From a virus: a stretch of 44,020 nt of DNA. The position numbers were made by a program, and so were the translations under genes. Numbering within the stretch: the stretch's first letter is position 1; each line of letters begins with the position of its first letter. The notes below the pieces were generated by a model, which saw nothing but the letters and a program-made list of their open reading frames with translations, was not told the origin of the DNA and made no database searches. Shown here piece after piece: positions 40,611 through 44,020 of the stretch. Where the stretch lies: positions 1-44,020 of the IMG/VR virus record IMGVR_UViG_3300035156_000050; one strand, written 5' to 3'.

Positions 40611-42668
40611 TTAATTTGCAACTGAAATGTCGAGCGTCATCGAAACAATCGTGATCGGCAATGGCTCTGATTGTCTCACGACAATTGCGCCGTCACTCTG
40701 CCAATCTGCCGGTACATTCACTTCAACCTCACCCGTGCGCAAGCGCGGCGGCGTACCGTAAGGCTCGGTCGTCCGCAGCTTGTACTGCACGAGCCGGTCG
40801 ACGCTGGGCCCGGCATAAATGCCGCTCGAGCGAACCACGCGCATCGTCACCTTGTTGATGTTCTTTTTCCGACCTTGGGCAAAAGCACTGTCGATCTGCG
40901 CGGCCATCGGCAAGGTCTGAATGTCAGACACGATCGGCAGGCCGACATGCACCAGGCTGGCCGGGTTGTCCAGTGTCACCTTGCCGCCCACGACGACTTG
41001 CGGCGGATGCACGGCGCCGTCGCCCAGAATGTTCACCGTCTTACCATTGAGCCAGTCAAGCCCCGTCACAACTGTGGTCGCTACGCCGTTGTAGGTCGCG
41101 CCGCAGTCGACAAAAAAGCCGTCCTTTACCTCTTCGACGCGACGTGACGCCTGGCGCTCGATGAACCGCTTCTGCACCCCTCCGATGGTGCGCCGCACGA
41201 CGACGTACAGCGAATCTTCCCGGCCCTCCGCCACGACAGCGCAGGACTCAAATGCGCCATCTGTGTCGTGCTGGTGCCAGGCGCCAACCTGCTGCTCTGG
41301 GATGTAGGTAAATCCCAGCAGTTTGCCGCTGCTGCTCACGGCCCAAACGATCGGGATCGGCGCCTTTGAGAACGACATGTCCACCAAGTCGTCATCGTCG
41401 AACAGGTGGATGGCGCGCAGCGACAGGTCCCCCGACGCATACCCATTGGCATCGCGCGAGTAGGCCATTTCCCGGACGTGTCCACCACGCGCTGCAGCGT
41501 AGACCAGATTGTTGTTGATGATCACCGGCTGCACGTTCGACGCGCCGACATAGGACTGTGGCTTTACGGAGATCGACGTTGGCGTGAGCGCATCCGTGTT
41601 GACGGCCGTTACGCGAAATTCGGCCGAACTGGTGAGGATCAGCAGATCCGACAGCGGGATCAGGTGCCGCACCGTGTTGGCTTCGCGCGCAGCGATGCGG
41701 AAAGAAATGCGGTCATCGTCGCGGATCGGCAGCGAAAATGACATGTCGCTTTCCGTGCCCGATCGAGTGCCCCAAATCTTTTGCGGCGCGTTGTAGGTGC
41801 CGCCGAAGAATCGGCGCTGCTCATAGTAGGCCACGGCGGCAGGATAATCATTACCAGTCTGAAAAACCGGGTCGGCCAGTGGCGGCGTCACCGACAGATC
41901 CGGCGCAATATTGTCGTCAGCCAGCGACAGCCCTGTGGTGCGGCCAATGTAACCGAACGATCCGCCCACGTTCTTGTAGACCAGATACGACGTGCCGACC
42001 GGCGCGCCCACCGGTGCCGTCCAGCTGATCACGTTGCGGGCGCCGTCGGCAAACAGGTTCGCGTCACAAGACGCAACGGCACTAAATGGCGATTGCGTCA
42101 GGCCGTCGACGCCCACAGCTGTGACAACGTAGCTGTAGAAATAGTCCGTGTTCGGAATATTCGGGGTCGCAATCACGTTCGTCGGCGGCCCGATCGGTGC
42201 GTTGAATGCCACAGAGGTCAGTGTCCAGTTCGTCGCGCCCAGCCGGCGCAGCTCGCGCGGCGCATACCCAGGATGCACGATGGTCAGCACATCCCCGGAC
42301 TGAACTGTGTGGAGGTCGAACAGGTCGGCTTCCAGATACGGCGTGGCAATTTCGTATGGGACGGCGCCGGACAGCAACGTACCGCCCATCGTATGAAAGC
42401 GCGCGTACTGGTGCCCCATTTCGATGATCATGGTTTGCGTGGTGGAGTAAGTGAATTCCAGCAGGCAGACGCGTTTGGTGGAATCCTTGACCTCGCGGAC
42501 GTGCGCGAAGCCGGCGCGGTTCTCGACCGGCCCCTGCGGCTTGACGACGAAGTTGCGGCAGAGTGCCAGCCCGCTCTGAAACTTGGCGTCCGCAATCTGA
42601 CCGAAGAATTCCGGCGTCAACTCGCCGCCGTTGAATGTCGCCTTGTAGGTACGCGTGTTCTCTCCCAT
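40611..42668 (-). CDS. Tail tubular protein B-like (nozzle) protein
   Basis: Start set at ATG 42668 (MGENTRTYKATFNGGELTPEFFGQIADAKFQSGL..NFVVKPQGPVENRAGF), in a TAATG overlap with the upstream gene. The N-terminal pattern and the ~685-aa size match podovirus nozzle proteins (recollection). Confidence 0.55.
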   Translation of the reverse strand: MGENTRTYKATFNGGELTPEFFGQIADAKFQSGLALCRNFVVKPQGPVENRAGFAHVREVKDSTKRVCLLEFTYSTTQTMIIEMGHQYARFHTMGGTLLSGAVPYEIATPYLEADLFDLHTVQSGDVLTIVHPGYAPRELRRLGATNWTLTSVAFNAPIGPPTNVIATPNIPNTDYFYSYVVTAVGVDGLTQSPFSAVASCDANLFADGARNVISWTAPVGAPVGTSYLVYKNVGGSFGYIGRTTGLSLADDNIAPDLSVTPPLADPVFQTGNDYPAAVAYYEQRRFFGGTYNAPQKIWGTRSGTESDMSFSLPIRDDDRISFRIAAREANTVRHLIPLSDLLILTSSAEFRVTAVNTDALTPTSISVKPQSYVGASNVQPVIINNNLVYAAARGGHVREMAYSRDANGYASGDLSLRAIHLFDDDDLVDMSFSKAPIPIVWAVSSSGKLLGFTYIPEQQVGAWHQHDTDGAFESCAVVAEGREDSLYVVVRRTIGGVQKRFIERQASRRVEEVKDGFFVDCGATYNGVATTVVTGLDWLNGKTVNILGDGAVHPPQVVVGGKVTLDNPASLVHVGLPIVSDIQTLPMAAQIDSAFAQGRKKNINKVTMRVVRSSGIYAGPSVDRLVQYKLRTTEPYGTPPRLRTGEVEVNVPADWQSDGAIVVRQSEPLPITIVSMTLDISVAN

Positions 42669-43327
42669 TATCGTGCCCCCAGCCACGGAGCCAAGTGGTC
42701 AGACTTGCGGCTGCGCTGCTGCGCGGACGACAGTTTCGCCATTGACAGCATGGCCATGGCCTCCTGCTTGCGCGCGCGCCCTACGCTGATGCCAGTTTCC
42801 CCTTTCAGGACCGGCCCGGCCAGGTAGCTGGAAAGGTAGACGGCCAGGGTGTCGCGGAACAGTGGCGAAAACTTCGACGTGTCCGTGATCGCGCGCGTGT
42901 ATCGCACCAGCGCGTCCGCCGTGTTCGAATAGATGACCCCGTTGCCGTTCGCGTCAGATCCGATCTCAAAGCTGCCGCCCCGTGCGTTGTGGCCGATCCA
43001 GCAAAGCGCGTCCGGTGCGTACCAGATCCCGTTTTGCCCCATCGCCATCGAGCCGGCGGGCATGATCTCGACGATCCGCAGCGCGTCCGATGGCTTGGCA
43101 TACGCGTAGGACCACTGCGCGCCAGGTGCAGCGACGGCGGCCAGCGTGCCGTATTGCATGGCAAACGGCCAGTCGAAGAGCTCGAGCAGTGAGTCGCGCG
43201 CGATCGGATACCAGCGCGCACAGTATTCAGCCTGCGCTGATCCTTCGGGCGGATCGATGCTGGCCACGGTCGCGCTGTCGCCCAGGTGAGCCAGCGCCAG
43301 ATTGCAAATATCGACTTCGGATGACAT
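42668..43327 (-). CDS. Tail tubular protein A-like (adaptor) protein
   Basis: 219 aa. MSSEVDICNLALAHLGDSATVASID...AEYCARWYPIARDSLLELFDWPFA is the typical N-terminal pattern of this family. GGAGAA lies upstream. Confidence 0.6.
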   Translation of the reverse strand: MSSEVDICNLALAHLGDSATVASIDPPEGSAQAEYCARWYPIARDSLLELFDWPFAMQYGTLAAVAAPGAQWSYAYAKPSDALRIVEIMPAGSMAMGQNGIWYAPDALCWIGHNARGGSFEIGSDANGNGVIYSNTADALVRYTRAITDTSKFSPLFRDTLAVYLSSYLAGPVLKGETGISVGRARKQEAMAMLSMAKLSSAQQRSRKSDHLAPWLGAR

Positions 43328-43336
43328 ACATTCTCC

Positions 43337-43373
43337 AAAAAAAGAAAAGGGGCAACCCTTAGTCGCCCCTTTT
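43337..43373 (-). terminator. Intrinsic terminator inside the structural gene train (after the head genes)
   Basis: aaaaggggc (43345-43353) and gcccctttt (43365-43373) form a perfect 9-bp inverted repeat around an 11-nt loop. On the minus strand the GGGGC/GCCCC stem is followed by TTTTCTTTTTTT, which runs into the RBS of 42668..43327. Confidence 0.65.
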
Positions 43374-43408
43374 GTTGAACTGTTGCGCCAGTGCTGGCGA
43401 TGCGCGGC

Positions 43409-44020
43409 TTACTTGTTGCGCTTCGTCGACTTGTCCGACTTGTCGCCGGTGGCGTGTTGCTCGGTCTCGCTGATCCCGCTGGTGGCGTCAGCAATCTGGG
43501 CGCCGGCCTGCTTGGCAGATGCTGGCTTGCCGTCTTCGTAGATACCCTGATTGCCCTTGTCGGTGCTGTTCGGGGCATGCTCTGGGTCATCTTTGACGCG
43601 GGCACCAATGGCGTCGCCCATCTTCACCGAGTTACCGGCGTTGCGGTCAGCAAGGCGTGCTTCCGACTGCGGACGATCGGCCGACGCTTCCGGCTTCTGC
43701 TGGCTGGCCATGATGGCGGCCATACCTTCGCTGATGCCCTTGGCGATGGCGTTGGCCATGCGGTTTTCCAGGTCCGTCGACGACTGCTTTTGCTGGTCGA
43801 TCATGCGCTGCATGAGTGCCGAAGTGTCGCTGATATTGCCGTCTTTGTTGTTGGCAATCATTTCTTCGACGCGGACTTTGTTGCGGTCCTTGTACTCCTG
43901 CGCGCGTGCTTCGCCTTCGGCGTCCAGCGGCTCCAGGTTGGTGCCTGGCAGACCCGCGTACAGAACTTCGGCGCCTTCGGCATACAGCTGGTTGTCGATG
44001 AGCGACTTCTCTTTGACGCG
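43409..44020 (-). CDS. 3' part of the junction-spanning 245-aa gene (includes the duplicated 127 nt)
   Basis: The frame ending at TAA 43409-43411 is open up to the window edge. The ORF track reports it only from an internal Met at 43861. It is in phase with 1..253 after the repeat is collapsed. The product is charged with low complexity (..KDDPEHAPNSTDKGNQG..KSDKSTKRNK). Confidence 0.75.
   Translation of the reverse strand, partial: RVKEKSLIDNQLYAEGAEVLYAGLPGTNLEPLDAEGEARAQEYKDRNKVRVEEMIANNKDGNISDTSALMQRMIDQQKQSSTDLENRMANAIAKGISEGMAAIMASQQKPEASADRPQSEARLADRNAGNSVKMGDAIGARVKDDPEHAPNSTDKGNQGIYEDGKPASAKQAGAQIADATSGISETEQHATGDKSDKSTKRNK
43894..44020. repeat. Terminal direct repeat, copy 2 (identical to 1..127)
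   Basis: Same comparison as copy 1. The 127-nt length is typical of a k-mer overlap left by a de Bruijn assembler on a circular contig (inference). Confidence 0.95.

Noticed and set aside
42805-43608. 267-aa minus-strand ORF overlapping tail tubular A and the internal terminator
   Set aside because: It is out of frame with two well-supported genes, crosses a strong terminator hairpin, and is rich in Arg/Pro/Ser/Thr, typical of shadow frames.

Overview
The window is a complete, circularly closed phage genome. The first and last 127 nt are identical, which leaves about 43.9 kb of unique sequence. It is a high-GC tailed phage with podovirus-type morphogenesis genes: a T7-type portal and tail tubular A/B-like proteins, with no tape measure or sheath. 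A divergent AT-rich control region at about 18.5 kb drives two early operons. (a) The leftward early operon encodes a Cro-like HTH, a DUF1367-like protein, a YbcO/DUF1364-like protein, RusA and a 60-aa ORF. It ends at a long imperfect hairpin followed by T8 (16353..16439). (b) The rightward early operon (18.67-24.95 kb) encodes small Cys-rich proteins, RecT, a YqaJ-type exonuclease and a block of ORFans. Left of the terminator lies a low-GC island (15.6-16.5 kb) with an orphan 68-aa ORF and a long structured leader. From 15610, about 34.5 kb of co-directional and mostly start/stop-overlapping minus-strand genes run across the contig junction to 24937. In order these are: small membrane and hypothetical proteins, two putative replication-initiation proteins, a PP-loop/PAPS-reductase-like enzyme, an HTH protein, terminase small and large subunits, a GNAT-like protein, the portal, an SGNH-esterase/FN3/SPRY protein, scaffold, major capsid, a junction-spanning 245-aa gene, tail tubular A/B-like proteins, an SLT-domain internal protein, a 2332-aa polyvalent protein with an HExxH motif, a beta-helix tailspike with a C1q-like tip, a lysis cassette with a GH108 endolysin, DUF1353 and a 763-aa protein. 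I recognised no integrase, CI-type repressor, DNA polymerase, primase, helicase, reverse transcriptase, tRNA or CRISPR array. All family assignments come from reading the translated ORFs and recalling motifs; no database search was possible. The best candidates for new biology are the low-GC island with its structured RNA, the PP-loop/Cys-cluster enzyme, the head-module esterase-FN3-SPRY protein, the giant HExxH protein with TLNQ-delimited repeats, and the atypical lysis cassette.
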